A stretch of DNA of 46,706 nt. Source: Thecamonas trahens ATCC 50062 (taxonomy: Eukaryota > Protista > Apusomonadida). Within the stretch, counting starts at the first letter, position 1, and every line of letters starts with the position of its first letter. The position numbers were made by a program, and so were the translations under genes. The notes under the pieces are model-generated. The model was given only the letters and a program-made list of their open reading frames with translations, did not search any database and had not been told where the DNA came from. The stretch spans positions 562,437-609,142 of the forward strand of contig NW_013657672.1 in NCBI RefSeq assembly GCF_000142905.1, given 5' to 3'. Shown in pieces: positions 29,601-40,446 of the stretch.

Positions 29601-32419
29601 CGCCGGTGCCGTGGCGTCGATGGATGGCTCCGCCACCCTCGACGCGCGCGGAACCGAGTTTCACTCCATCGTGGCTGGCTCCAAGGGCGGCTTGGTGTAC
29701 ATCAACTCTCACAACGCGGCTCATTTCTCGCGGGTTACCCTCAGCAAGTGTATTGTCTCGGGCGTGTCGTCAGTCTTGGGTGGCGCGTTCTACGTCGAGA
29801 GCAACGGGCGGATCACTGCCAGCGAGAGTCTCTTTGAGCACTGCGCCGCATCCGAGTTTGGCGGCGTCTTCTACCTCGGACCGGACGGCATCGCTATGCT
29901 CGCGTACTCGCGCATGGTCAGCAATACCGCCTATGGCTTTGGCGGCGTCTTCTTTCTTCAAGGCGGGATGTTCATGTCCGAGGACAACATGTACCTCGAC
30001 AACTCTGCCATGTTTGGCGGCCTCGTCGCGGTCATTGGCCCGGACCTGGGCTCGCCGGCGGCGCTGTTCCAGTTCCCGGCGGTGTCCAACATTCGGCCGA
30101 CAGGTTACGGCAAAGCGTTTACCGCCACCACCTTTGAGCGCGACGTCATCAACAGCAGTACCGCATCGTATGGCGCACTCTTTTTTACCTGCGGGGTGCG
30201 ATTCGGGTTTGGCGACTCGGTGACGGGCGCCGGCAACGTTGCGTCCATCGGTGGCGGTGCCGTTTTTGCCTGTCCCAGCGCCGATGGCGTGCCACTCACG
30301 CTGGACAAGGTTGTGATCGGCGACGACGCGCGAGTGCTGGCACGTCTGGCGTCGGCCGTCGGCTACGGCGACACGGTGGCCACGCCGGCAACCGCCATTT
30401 TTGGACACGCGACGCGCTCGCCATGAACGGAACCACCATCCCGTCGGGCTTTCCGCTCCCGCTCGCTTTCCAGGTTGTACTGACTGACGGTGCGAGCAAC
30501 CATGTGGTCGACGAAAGCCTTGTGGTCGCCGCCGAGTTGAGCGGCGGTGTGGTGCCGAGCGGCGGAGCGGCACGCGCCGTCGTCGCTAGCAACCAAACCA
30601 GCTTTGCCAGTCTCGGCGCTGCGGCGGTGGAGCGATCTGCGCTTGGCGCCGCAGCGCTGATCAAAGTCGCGCTTCTTCCGAGCAGGACCTCGCTCGAGAC
30701 CTCGCAACTAACCATTGTTGTCTCGCGGTGCTACGGCGGCGTGGAGCCAGTCGTGGAGCCGGACGGGAGCATGGTATGCGGATGTCCAGCGAACGCGCGG
30801 ATCGTGGCCGGCGCGCGACTCACCCCACCGCATTGCGGTTGTGAACCGCAGTACTGGCCGCCGTCGCTGCCGGCAACGGTGTGCAGCCCATGCCCGACCG
30901 GCGCCGAGTGTGCTGGCGGCCTCAGCATGCCGACAGCTGCCGAGGGCTATGCGCCGACAGGCGACGTGGCCTTTTTCATCAAGTGTCCCGACGAGAACGC
31001 GTGTATGGGCGAGGGCAGGTGCGCGCACGGAACCGGCGATCGGCTCTGTGCCCGCTGCATGCCCGGCTTTTTGCGTCGGGCCCCGAGGGCAAGTGCGCTC
31101 GGTGCAAGGTTGGGCCGCGCGGCACAGGCGTTGTTCTCGGCGTCCTCGGCCTGCTTGTTCTTGGCCTTGTCTCTGGCTACGTGCTTGTGCAGCGCGAGTC
31201 TGTCCGGCCGCTTGCGCTGCTGATGGGCTCGACCCAGCTTCCAGAGCAGTCAGTTTGGCGCCGGCTGAGAGTTCACACCGGGCGGATCCAGGCTGTGGCG
31301 GCCTCGCTTGCGGTTGAAGCCGGCGTTGTTGTGCTTCTTGCGGTTTTTGGCCTCGCCGAGGCGTGGGAAGTGGCTGCGCTCGCCATCGGCCTCGTCGCGC
31401 TCACGGTGTACGCGGTGGCCGACAAGAGCTCGCGCGCGTTGCGCGCCGAGGCTGTGCTCAAGACCACGGTCGTGTTTCTGCAGTCGCTCGCGGTTGTGCT
31501 CGCAGCATCTGACGGCTCTCTCGAGTCGTCTACCGCGCTCAAGACGCTACACGGCATACTCGAACGGGCATCGCTCACACTCACTGGTCTCGCTTGTCTG
31601 CAAGTTGGGCCGGTCGGCGAGTTTTGGGTCTTTGTCGCCATCGCCACAAGCCCGGCGCTAGTGTGCGGTGCGCTCGCGGCGATGGCGCGATCGCAGCAGG
31701 TGTATGAGCGCGGCTTGCGCGGCGCTGGCACGCTAGCCTACCTCTTTGTCTTTCCGCTTGTCCAGCGCTCGCTGGCGCAAGTCTCGTGCGTGCCAGACCC
31801 GACCCCCGGCTCGTCGTACGAGTACCTCGATGCTACGCCGTGGATCCGGTGCGGGAGCCATGCGCAGATAGCGCTGGCAGGCTCGGCGGTGGCTGTCCTC
31901 GTTGCCGTCTGCTGCGGCGTCGTTTGGGTCTCGCGCATCGTTTTGTCAGCACGAGCGCGAAAGATGATCCATGTCGAGACCGAGTCCGAGCGGCGGGAGC
32001 TGTTGAGCAGTTTGCGGGGCAGACACGGCGAGGACGAGGACGAGCATCCACTGGCCTTTCTTTGGGAGCCTTACCGTGATGAAGCGTGGTGGTTCGAAGC
32101 AGTTGTGCTCGTGCGGCGAGTGGCGATCGCGTGCAGCGTGGCGCTCATCCCGCGGAAGTCTGTGTTTGTGGGTGGGGTGCTTGTGGCTATTGTTGGCGTC
32201 TCGCTCGGCGTACACATCCACCTCAATCCGCTGCGCGACGCAGTGGCACAGTGGACAGAGAGCGCAGCACTGGTCGGTGTCCTCGCTGTTCTCCGGCTGA
32301 CGGCCATGATGGACGAGGCTGGACCGTCGGCCGAGTCAGCGGTGCTATCGTGGGGCGTGGTTGGCGTGGCGGTCGGAGTCGTCGGCACTGCAGCGTGTGT
32401 GGTTATTGGTTCATTGTGA
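26601..32419 (+). CDS. Receptor-like membrane protein, paralog B (same architecture as A); four -1 frameshifts, ~1940 aa reconstructed
   Basis: MCVFFFLLLFILS signal peptide; DINADGLGD, DIDGDGDLDVV and DIDGNGYHDIL motifs; GG[AV]F repeats; CSPCPTGAEC; FLWEPYRDEAWWFEAVVLVRR. Span 5819 nt + 4 = 5823, divisible by 3. Confidence 0.8.
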
Positions 32420-32428
32420 CGTGGGCGG

Positions 32429-35400
32429 CTATGGCGAGGGTGTGTGGACGATGAGCTTGTGCTTGATGAGCAGCGATGCAATGAGCGGTGCGCGTGGCCA
32501 CAAGCAGGCGAGCTCCCAGGCGATGCGGAGTGCGGCAGCGGCGGCCGGCTGGCGGGCAAGAACAAGGGCAACGAGCAAAGGGTCGAGCTCGCCTTGCGAG
32601 ACACGGGGTAGTGAGTGGACGGCGTTGCTGATAGCGGAAATGAGCGGCGGCGGAAGAGGCGCCGGGTTGGTATCGGGCGGCAGAGCGCGATCGACGAGAA
32701 AGGCGACAACCGCGCGGACGGTCTGCAAGGTGATTGGCTTGAAGAGGCACACGTCCATGCCAGCGTCGAGGGCGCGGGCGGTGGCGTTCGAGTCTGCGGT
32801 GACGGCTGAAATTGGGATGGAGCTCTTTGACTCGGGCAAGTCCGACTCTGAGTCGCGGAGCTCCCGTGCTGCAGTAAAGCCGTCCTTGACCGGCATGTGG
32901 CAGTCGAGGAGGACGAGGTCAGGTGAGCTGGAGTTGCGACGGATGTGGGCGAGCATCTCGTCGCCGTTGGCAGCCTCGGCAACGTCGATGGAGAGCTCGG
33001 CGAGGAGCGCCGAGAGAACCATGCGATTGATCTCCATATCGTCGACTACAAGGACATTGATCGGCTCTTTGATGGTCGAGAACGCCATGAGGTCATCAAG
33101 CGATGAAAGGGCATGGGCGGCGATGGCGTAGCGGAGGAGGGAGCGTGCCGTGGGCGGATCGAGCGGCGATGCGGCGACGGCGTCGAAGGAACTCGCCGCG
33201 TCGGGCGAGAGTGAGTCATCGTTCGCTCCTAGCGCGACAATGAGCTGATGCTGGTTCCGCGGGAGTGCAGCACTCGACGTCCGCAGCATGGCAGCGAGCT
33301 TGATCGTCGGCAGCGAAGGACCACCCGAGTCGAGGTCAAGAACCACCAGTTGCGGTGCAGGGTTACCAGAAGCGGCGCGCGCCGAGAGCAGCATGGCCTG
33401 CGCTGAACTTGTCGCACCGTCAATGCATGTCACGCCCTCGGCTTGAAAGAGGGCAATGAGCCGGGCTCGCTCGCCGGAATCGGCATGCATGACAAGGGTG
33501 ACGACTCGCGCGATGGCCGGCACCGGACTGGTCACCGCGTCGACAAGCGACCAAAGCCGCTCTTCGGGCGCGACACTAGGTAGGACAACGTGAGGAGAGG
33601 CAGAAAGAGGAGTGGCCAGCGATGGAGTGTACACGACTTGCGGTGTAAACGGAGTTTTGACGTCGGCATGAAGTCGACGTCGCAACGCAGCCCTGGCGTC
33701 TCGGCCGGCATGTCTTGTTCAGGCGACGTCCCGAGCTGATTGTCACCAGAGTAGCTCGACATGTCGGTCAACAACACGTTGGAGCCGAGAGCGAGATACG
33801 AGGGCGTCAAGTCATGCAAAGTCTGGTCAACATCACTCGAACAACTCTGGTTGAGCTTTGTGGACGGGCCGAGGAGATCGAGCGCAGCAGTAAGAAGCTG
33901 AACAACAGGCTCGGCGCTGTTGACAACAGCGAGGCAGTCGACCGATGGCAAACACGATGTGGCGGCGTAGTCGGCCGCCGTCATGAGAGCTGTGTTCGAG
34001 ACTAGGCAGAGGATGCGCGAGTCCGCGAGAAGGGCCGGCGCATCGTACCAGGTGAGCGGCGAGAGAAAGGCGGCGACGTTGTCGAGAGCAATAACAATGA
34101 GGTCGTAAGGCTGGGGCGCGTCTCGGAGAGCCACAAGGGCGTCAAGAGGATCGGCAATGGTCGTGACCGACTTGCTTGAGATCGGCGGAGCGAGAAGTGC
34201 TTCTGTAAGCCGCGCGCACGAGCCGACGACGATGGTGAGCGCCGAGGTCAACAGCGAGACGTCACCTAGCGTACGTGCGAGCTGGTCTTCGGGCGATGGC
34301 ACCATGCCGACGACAAACGAGGCTGTAATGGTGGTGCCGTCGTCGAGGGCCGAAGTTAGGTCTACGCTCCCCCCGCAGAGCGAGGTAATCTCCTTGACGA
34401 TGGCGAGACCTAGGCCGGTGCCGCCAAAGTTGCGTGTGATCGAGTCATCGGCTTGAACAAACGGAGAGAAGAGGCGTGGCACAACGTCGGGCGCGATGCC
34501 AATACCTGTGTCCGAGACGATGAATGTGAGCTTGGCCGGGACGACGCGTTTCCATTCGACCGAGTCGTCTGTGGCGGTGCGCGGCGCCGAGTCGGGTGGC
34601 TTGGGGTGGAACGCCTGGCTTGCGGCAGGATCGGCGGTCTGAGGTGGCAAGCCTGGAAGGTAGGTGCCCGGATCGAGGGCGTCGAGCGCGACGTCGACAG
34701 AGACCGAGCCAGAGGAGGTGAACTTGACAGCATTGGAGGCAAGGTTGAGGAGGACTTGGCGGATGCGGCCCGAGTCGGCGACGAGCGCGGGAGGGATGGC
34801 GGGCGGGAGGCGAATCGAAAAGTCAACGCCCGGCTTTGCAGCCTCAAACATGACGCGGATGTCGTCAAGGAGAGTGCTCAGATCAAAGTCGACGTACTGA
34901 AGGGTGAGCGCACCAGCATCGACGCGGGCAAATGTGAGCAGATCCTCGAGGAGGTTGAGGAGGGCGCGAGCGGAGCGATCAACAAGGACAAGCTTGTCGT
35001 GGACTCTGGATGGAAGGTGCGATACAAGAAGGAGCGAGACGATGCCGAGGATGCCGTTGAGCGGGGTGCAGAGCTCGTGAGAGATGTTGGCCAGAAAGTG
35101 AGACTTTGCCGCGAGAGCGTCCACCAGCTTGCGGCGCGCAGAAGCCTCCAAGATGGCGCGGCGGCGGTCGGCGACGTCGACAAGTGAGATGGAGAGCTGG
35201 TCCGGGGTGTCGGGGGAAAATCCAACGATGACGTCGATGGGTGCCTCGGAGCGGTCAACATAGTGGGCGACGACGTTGCGGACAGCAACAAAAACGCGCT
35301 CGCCGGCCTTTTCCTCGCATGAGTGGAATTGCGATGACGAGGACACGTCTAGATCAGATTCACAGCCTGTGACGACAATGTTGTCCGGCTCGCTGGCCAA

Positions 35401-36400
35401 CGTTGGAAGAGAGAATCGTCGGCGACGACAAGTTCCATGCTCGCCTCGATCGAGTCGAATGTCGAGAGCGATCCAACGCGTGCAATGGACGGCGAGTTGC
35501 GGGCGCAAGTTGCCGAGGCGGCAATGATGTCGTCCCACAGCGGCGTCAGGGCAGGGACGAGCTGAAAGATGGGAGTGCCAACTAGATCGGCTTCATCGGC
35601 ACAGCCAAAACGCCTGAGGGTGACCGAGTTGCACTGGACAACGTTGCCAGAGCGTGAGCAGGCGAGGTATGTGTTCCCGGTGGCCTCGAGGACCTCGCGA
35701 AGGCGGGCTTCCGAGGCCTCGAGCTTGGCCTCGCGATCGGCAAAGTCGGTGATGTCTCGTGCAACACAGTACTTGTAGGTGTCGTCTGACGAGACCGACC
35801 AGCGGAGGGTGCGGTACGAGCCAGTTTTGGTGACATAGCGGTTGACAAAATTGACGACGTCGACGTCGCCCTTGTTGAGCTCGCACGCGATGGCGGCTGT
35901 CGGGGCGACGTCGTCCGGATGGATAAACTCGATGCATGGCCGGGCCTTGAGCTCATCGACAGAAAAGCCGAGGACCTCGGTCCACTGCGGGTTGACAATC
36001 TCAAAGCAGCCATCGTAGTTGGTGAGGCAGAGCATGTCGAGCGACTTGTCAAAGAACTTATGGAGCGGGCCGCGGGTGATGTCGATGGCGCGGATGGCGC
36101 AGGTGACAGCCACGGTAGGGATGTCTCCCGCCTCCCATCTTGCCAGATGGAGCTCGATGTCACCCTTGTGTGTCTTGCACACCATGGAGCTGCTCTTGAT
36201 GGCATCGGCCAAGTCAGAAGCCGTGAGAACCAAGTCGTCGACAAGGTCGAAAAGGTCGAGGAAGTGAGCGTTGATGATTACACACTGGTCATTCACGGAC
36301 GCCGGGATTAGCCAAGGTGTGTCGGGATGCGTGCCGGGTGGGGTATGCGGACGAGTGCAAACGGATAAGGGAGGAATGACGCGAGGTCCTCTGCCTGCAT
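32429..36400 (-). CDS. Hybrid sensor histidine kinase (PAS-PAS-HisKA-HATPase-receivers); probable 5' intron plus two -1 frameshifts
   Basis: PAS motifs (VNPQWTEVLGFS, FIHPDD); H-box FLANISHELCTPLNGI; N-box LLNLASNAVKFT; G1 DTGIGI; F-box LFSPFVQAD; G2 GGTGLGL; receiver VLVVDD...LLDCHMP...KP. Confidence 0.85.
36285..36352 (-). other. Probable 68-nt spliceosomal intron in the histidine kinase gene
   Basis: GTCCGC...GCTAAT...CAG. Removing it joins MQAEDLASFLPYPFAL (ATG 36400) in frame to CVIINAHF. Confidence 0.5.
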
Positions 36401-36620
36401 GGTGGAGAGTGGAGTGGGGAAGTGGGTTGGGGGGGGGGGGGTGGGTATTGGGATTTGCTGTGGGGCGGGTGGAGGACCGTACGTACATGCGGATCATTTT
36501 GAACGTTTGCGTTGACTGTCAAGAGCCGCGTTTACGGAATTGGCGCGCAGCAAGCACATTGCCGGGCAGGAGGCGGGGGGAGGCGGGGAAGGGCAGTGCG
36601 TGGGGGTAGAACTGGCGTGG

Positions 36621-39600
36621 TTAGCGGTGCTTCGATCGCTTGCTGGGGCGGGAAGAGCCAAGGACATCGTCGCGCTCGCGCCTGGAGCGCTTCATGTCCT
36701 CGCGGCGGGCCTCGCGCTCGAGAGCCTCGTCGTCGAGGCCCTCCTCGGAGAGCTCGTCGTCGGGGTTTGAGATGGCCGAGTAAGATGACTCTGTGCCCTC
36801 GCCCGACTCAAACTCAAACTCGTCGTCGTCGTCGTCGTCGTCGCCCGAGGGCTCAAACTCGGACTCGTCCGAGTCCGCGATGACCTCCTCCTCTTCCTCG
36901 TCGTCGTCCTCGAGGAAGGACCAGCCACCGTCGGTGAAGAAGCCCGGGACGTCGTCGGTGATGTGCTTCATGACGGCAGTCCAGTTGAGGTTGGCCTGGC
37001 CCTCGTAGAACTTGACGTTGTTGCCGTCGAGCCACTCCTTGATGGCGTCGAGGTACTTGGACTCGATCGAGTTGATGTGGAGCGGGGCCTTTGAGTAGTC
37101 CTTCCACACGATGACCATGTCAAAGTTACGGAGCGAGAAGCGGACGCGCTCAAAGTGGACGATCTCGATGTCGTCAATAGTGATGACGACAAACGGCGTC
37201 TCGACGAGGTGGACCAGGCAGTTGACGGTCGGCTGGAGGAAGACGGTCGAGCGCTCGGGCACACCATGGAAGCCGAGGTCGCGGTAGGGGACGTCAAACT
37301 GGAGGTCGAGGTCGGGCTTGTTGGTCTCGACGACGGCCTCGACGGCCTCTGCAAACTTCTTAAAGTTTGCGTTCTTCTTTGCACGCTCACGACGCTCGCG
37401 CTGCTCGTCCTCGAGCTCGTCGATGTCAAAGGCGGAGCGAGCGTTGCGGCCGGAGAGGTTGCGCTCGACGTTGTACGCCATCTGCAGGAACTGGACGTCC
37501 TTGGTCTTCTTTTTGCCAACCATGATGGGGTTGTGAAGGTGGAAGTGGATGAGGACAATGAGCTCCGACTTTGAAGGCTGGAAAAAGGCGTGGCGGATGT
37601 TGGCGTAGATGATGTCGACACGGGCGCCGGTGCGCGAGGTGAAACGGAGACCGTTGGCGTGGGCCTCGAGAACGCCGATCTCCTTGCGGCCTGCGAGGCG
37701 CGGGCGGATCTCGACCGAGCTGAGGCGCGGGATGGGGCCCTTGAGCAGACGGAGCCGCTCCTGGTCGACAAGGTCGGCGCGCTCGCGGCGATCCTTCTCA
37801 CGGGCGGCGATGCGCTTGCGGAGCTCCTGGACGTGGCGCAGCGAGGTGTTGAGGTTGCGGGCGTGGGTCATGGGGACTCGGAACGAGACTTCGCGGACAA
37901 ACATCGAGTGGGGGTCCTCGAACGCACGCTTCTTGCCCGACGCGGTGGGTGTGACAAAGTTGAAACGGACGTACACGTACTCGCCCTCGTCCGACTTGGA
38001 CGCTGACTTGATGGTGGAGACATGGAAAGGGACGGCGTGGCCGTAGATGGGCAGAAAGACGGTCTCAGCCGAGATGTCGACAAAGATGGCGTCCGGGCGC
38101 GCGGCGCGCGGAAAGGCAGCAGGCGTCGGGTATGAGTTGATCTTGGCGATGGCCGAAGAAGTGCTCGAGGCGCGGGCGGCGGCCTCGCCCGAGTGGCGGG
38201 CGATGGCCTCCTCCAGCGTTTTCTGGGCAAGCTCTGACTGATGGTCACGAATGCGCTGCTCATCGGCGGCGCTGGTCTCGGTCTGGGCCGAGCCGCGCTT
38301 GCGGAGGCGCTCGTCGAGGACGGCCTGGGCGTCGAGAGCGGCCTTGGCCTCGGCGAGCCGGGCGGCGCGGGCGGCCTCGGTCTCGGCGGTGTCGTCCAGA
38401 ACGTAGACAATCTCGTAGGGGACGGCGGCGGTGAGGTTGACCGGGCCGTCGGGAGCGACGAGGACTGTGTCCGCGAGGGCGAGCTCGAACTTGCGCATCT
38501 CGGCTCGCTTGGACTTTTTGTCCGAGAGCTTGCGAAAGGCAAGCGAGATGTTGAGGACCATGCCTGCGCGGATGCGGGCGGTGCACGACGGGCCAAGGAC
38601 ATAGTCGGGCTCGACAAGCTCGATGCCAATGGACGAGCCAAAGTTGGCAGCAAGCTTGCGGCCGAGCCCCTCCTCCTTGGCCTCGACAAAGGCGAGCGTC
38701 TCCTCGTAGAGAGCAGCAAAAGTCTTGCCGGGCGTGGCGGCGGAGATGCAGAACTGGTGAGCGGCGCGGAGGATAGCAAACGAGGCGTCGACCTTGTCGG
38801 TGGCGTTGACCAGGACAGAGCGGGCAACGTTGGCGTTGTACAGGTTGTAGCGGCCGCCCATCGAGACAAGAAAGACGCCGCGCTTGGCAAGCGGCGCGCC
38901 CGAGGGCGCCACCAGGGCACCGGCCCGGACGTCGGCGCCCGACTGGATCATCGGGGTGTAGCTCATGTCGGCGAGCTCGTCGTCAAAGCCGGTGAGGCCG
39001 GCGGCCGACGGCGAGGTAAAGGCGTTGGCAGCCTCGGTCGAGAGCTGAGCGTGGGTGACTGCGGTGCCTTTGTCAAGAACGACCTCGATGCGCTTGACGG
39101 TGACCGAGTTGACAACGGCGGCTGCGAGCTCGGCGGCCTTGCGGATGTTGGCAGTCTCGACCTCGTCCTTGGTGACGAGTTCGGCCGAGAGAGCAGTGTC
39201 GATGGCGACGAGCGGGACGCCGGCGCCGCGGATAGCAGCAAAGAAAGACTTGGCAAACTTGCCCGTCAGTAAGGTCTCGGCCTTCTCGCCACCGCAGATG
39301 CCGAGTCGCGAGCCCTGGCGTGAGTTGGCAATCTTGGCCAGCATGGCGGACCAGTTGGCGGCGTTGCCGTCGGCCTTGTTGCGGACAAGAAAGTCAAAGG
39401 TGAACGGCGAGCCGTCGCGGGCAAGCTGGCGGAGAATGTCCACCTTTTTCTGTGAGGAGCAAACAGTGAGCTCCTTGGCCGAGGTGGCAAGGATGACGCA
39501 GTCCGGGAGCTCGACGTCAAACAGCCAGGTCTGCATGGTGACCGGCTTGGAGGCAGCCGACGCCGCAGTGGACTTGCCTGCAGCGAGCACGAGAACGTCT

Positions 39601-39704
39601 GCGCCATTCCACAGACCCTCATTGGTGTTGTCCTTGCTCCAGGACTCGAGCACGCGGCCCATCCGCTTCTCAAACACCTCCACGTTCAGCACAAAGTCGG
39701 CCAT
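36621..39704 (-). CDS. SPT16: FACT complex subunit SPT16
   Basis: N-terminal lobe and peptidase-like domain, LPIYGHAVPFHVSTIKS, LEAHANGLRF, HAFFQP, HFHLHNPIMVGKKKTKDVQF, HFERV, NFDMVIV, LNW, GGWSFL, and an acidic tail. Confidence 0.97.
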   Translation of the reverse strand: MADFVLNVEVFEKRMGRVLESWSKDNTNEGLWNGADVLVLAAGKSTAASAASKPVTMQTWLFDVELPDCVILATSAKELTVCSSQKKVDILRQLARDGSPFTFDFLVRNKADGNAANWSAMLAKIANSRQGSRLGICGGEKAETLLTGKFAKSFFAAIRGAGVPLVAIDTALSAELVTKDEVETANIRKAAELAAAVVNSVTVKRIEVVLDKGTAVTHAQLSTEAANAFTSPSAAGLTGFDDELADMSYTPMIQSGADVRAGALVAPSGAPLAKRGVFLVSMGGRYNLYNANVARSVLVNATDKVDASFAILRAAHQFCISAATPGKTFAALYEETLAFVEAKEEGLGRKLAANFGSSIGIELVEPDYVLGPSCTARIRAGMVLNISLAFRKLSDKKSKRAEMRKFELALADTVLVAPDGPVNLTAAVPYEIVYVLDDTAETEAARAARLAEAKAALDAQAVLDERLRKRGSAQTETSAADEQRIRDHQSELAQKTLEEAIARHSGEAAARASSTSSAIAKINSYPTPAAFPRAARPDAIFVDISAETVFLPIYGHAVPFHVSTIKSASKSDEGEYVYVRFNFVTPTASGKKRAFEDPHSMFVREVSFRVPMTHARNLNTSLRHVQELRKRIAAREKDRRERADLVDQERLRLLKGPIPRLSSVEIRPRLAGRKEIGVLEAHANGLRFTSRTGARVDIIYANIRHAFFQPSKSELIVLIHFHLHNPIMVGKKKTKDVQFLQMAYNVERNLSGRNARSAFDIDELEDEQRERRERAKKNANFKKFAEAVEAVVETNKPDLDLQFDVPYRDLGFHGVPERSTVFLQPTVNCLVHLVETPFVVITIDDIEIVHFERVRFSLRNFDMVIVWKDYSKAPLHINSIESKYLDAIKEWLDGNNVKFYEGQANLNWTAVMKHITDDVPGFFTDGGWSFLEDDDEEEEEVIADSDESEFEPSGDDDDDDDEFEFESGEGTESSYSAISNPDDELSEEGLDDEALEREARREDMKRSRRERDDVLGSSRPSKRSKHR

Positions 39705-40044
39705 GATCGTTCTGGAGTGTAGAATCTTGTGAGAGCGGCGGGAAGGGGAGGATGTGGGTGGGTGGGGGGGAGTGTGGGGAGAGGGAGGGACAGAGAGAGT
39801 GTCAGAGAGAGGTGTACGTACAGTGTGTATGGAAGGGGTGGGTGGGTGAGGGTGGGGTATGTGTGGGCTGTGGGTGTGGGCGTGGGGAGGGTGGCAGAGA
39901 GGGGTGGCGGTGGGGGTGGTCGGAGGTGGCAGCGCCGGTCGTGGAGTTTTCGCTGCCGGTTGGGAGGCGAGGCGAGTCGCACTGCGGGCTGGCGAGGCAG
40001 TTTGAGATCAAGTCAGAGATAGGGGAGGAGGAGACGTTCACTTT

Positions 40045-40446
40045 TTAGGAGCTCGAGTCGGTGAGAATGATGCGGGCGTCCGAGGCGGAGTATTCTTCGT
40101 CGCCGGTGCCATCGCCCGAGTCGGTGTCCGAGTCGTAGTAGGCGTAAACGTAGTTGATCTCAGCATCGGCTCCCGGAGAGGCGCACATCTCGCCGCAGTA
40201 GCCCACTGCGTACATGTACCAGCAGCCGACGAGAGTCGCGAGGTGGAAGACGACGAGGCAGACGATGATGACAATAAAGCCCGTGGAAGACGAGTCAATA
40301 TCATCGCCCATCAGCTGACCAAGGAGCAGAGCGTAGGCGACGAGCAGGCCCATGGCGACGACCAGACCCACAGCCATGTCGGTGTTGCGGCGGCAACGGG
40401 AGAAGCCTTCCGACCGCACAGCAGGCTGTTCATCCTCGGAATCCAT
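40045..40446 (-). CDS. Small two-TM hypothetical protein (133 aa) with an acidic tail
   Basis: ATG at 40446 (MDSEDEQ), two hydrophobic helices, coding-like codon usage. Confidence 0.6.
   Translation of the reverse strand: MDSEDEQPAVRSEGFSRCRRNTDMAVGLVVAMGLLVAYALLLGQLMGDDIDSSSTGFIVIIVCLVVFHLATLVGCWYMYAVGYCGEMCASPGADAEINYVYAYYDSDTDSGDGTGDEEYSASDARIILTDSSS

Noticed and set aside
36330-36350. A further -1 frameshift at the kinase 5' end (ACCCCA)
   Set aside because: A 68-nt intron with a branch motif explains the frame equally well, so it was not counted among the eight.
18939-36400. Bacterial contamination suggested by A2M and the histidine kinase
   Set aside because: The segment is gap-free and contiguous with SPT16, an intron-containing gene and the telomere, and shares the same promoter-tract style.
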